From contig CATNEN010000002.1 of the NCBI GenBank assembly GCA_950097015.1, positions 5,890,001 through 5,954,000 on the forward strand: a stretch of DNA of 64,000 nt. The letters run 5' to 3'. The notes under the pieces are model-generated. The model made no database searches. It worked only from the letters and a program-made list of their open reading frames with translations, and was not told where the DNA came from. This DNA comes from Macrostomum hystrix. Its lineage: Eukaryota; Animalia; Platyhelminthes. Shown in pieces: positions 63,881 through 64,000 of the stretch. The position numbers and the translations under genes were made by a program. The number at the start of each line of letters is the position of its first letter. Position 1 is the first letter of the stretch.

Positions 63881-64000
63881 TTACTATTAATATGAGGCTT
63901 AAAAAACAAAGATTGTAAGTAATTTAAAGAAAAATATCGATTGAAGGACTTCTAGATAAAGCACAGAAAAAGCTTCACTGAAGACTAAAAAAATGAGAGC

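Overview
Eukaryotic (animal, non-vertebrate-looking) genomic window. The composition, (GCA)n runs and dense intronic minisatellites are reminiscent of a free-living flatworm such as Macrostomum, but that is only a guess. By my rough tally about 28-30 kb (~45%) is tandem repeat, in more than 35 distinct arrays, and most long ORFs in the supplied track are artefacts of these. Four genes could be reconstructed by hand with frame-consistent GT-AG splicing. (1) A 3-exon LMO4-like LIM-only gene (minus, 19743-34976, 256 aa). (2) A 12-exon Nanchung/OCR-type TRPV channel (minus, 40699-56050, 801 aa). (3) An intronless DHCR24 sterol reductase (minus, 43215-44750) lying on the SAME strand inside TRPV intron 10, the intron that splits the channel's TRP helix (EWLRQ|WARIL). 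(4) An intronless MyoR/TCF21-like bHLH gene (plus, 61659-62246). Mobile elements: a hAT-type MITE with TIRs and an 8-bp TSD carrying 1.3 kb of minisatellite, two related tRNA-derived SINEs, and a third SINE flanked by a 20-bp TSD. The best lead is the same-strand TRPV/DHCR24 nested unit, with a candidate internal acceptor, TATA box and poly(A) signal and a phased array of six NF-Y boxes. Repeat boundaries are approximate (+/-20-50 bp). Family assignments rest on recalled motifs, not on database searches.
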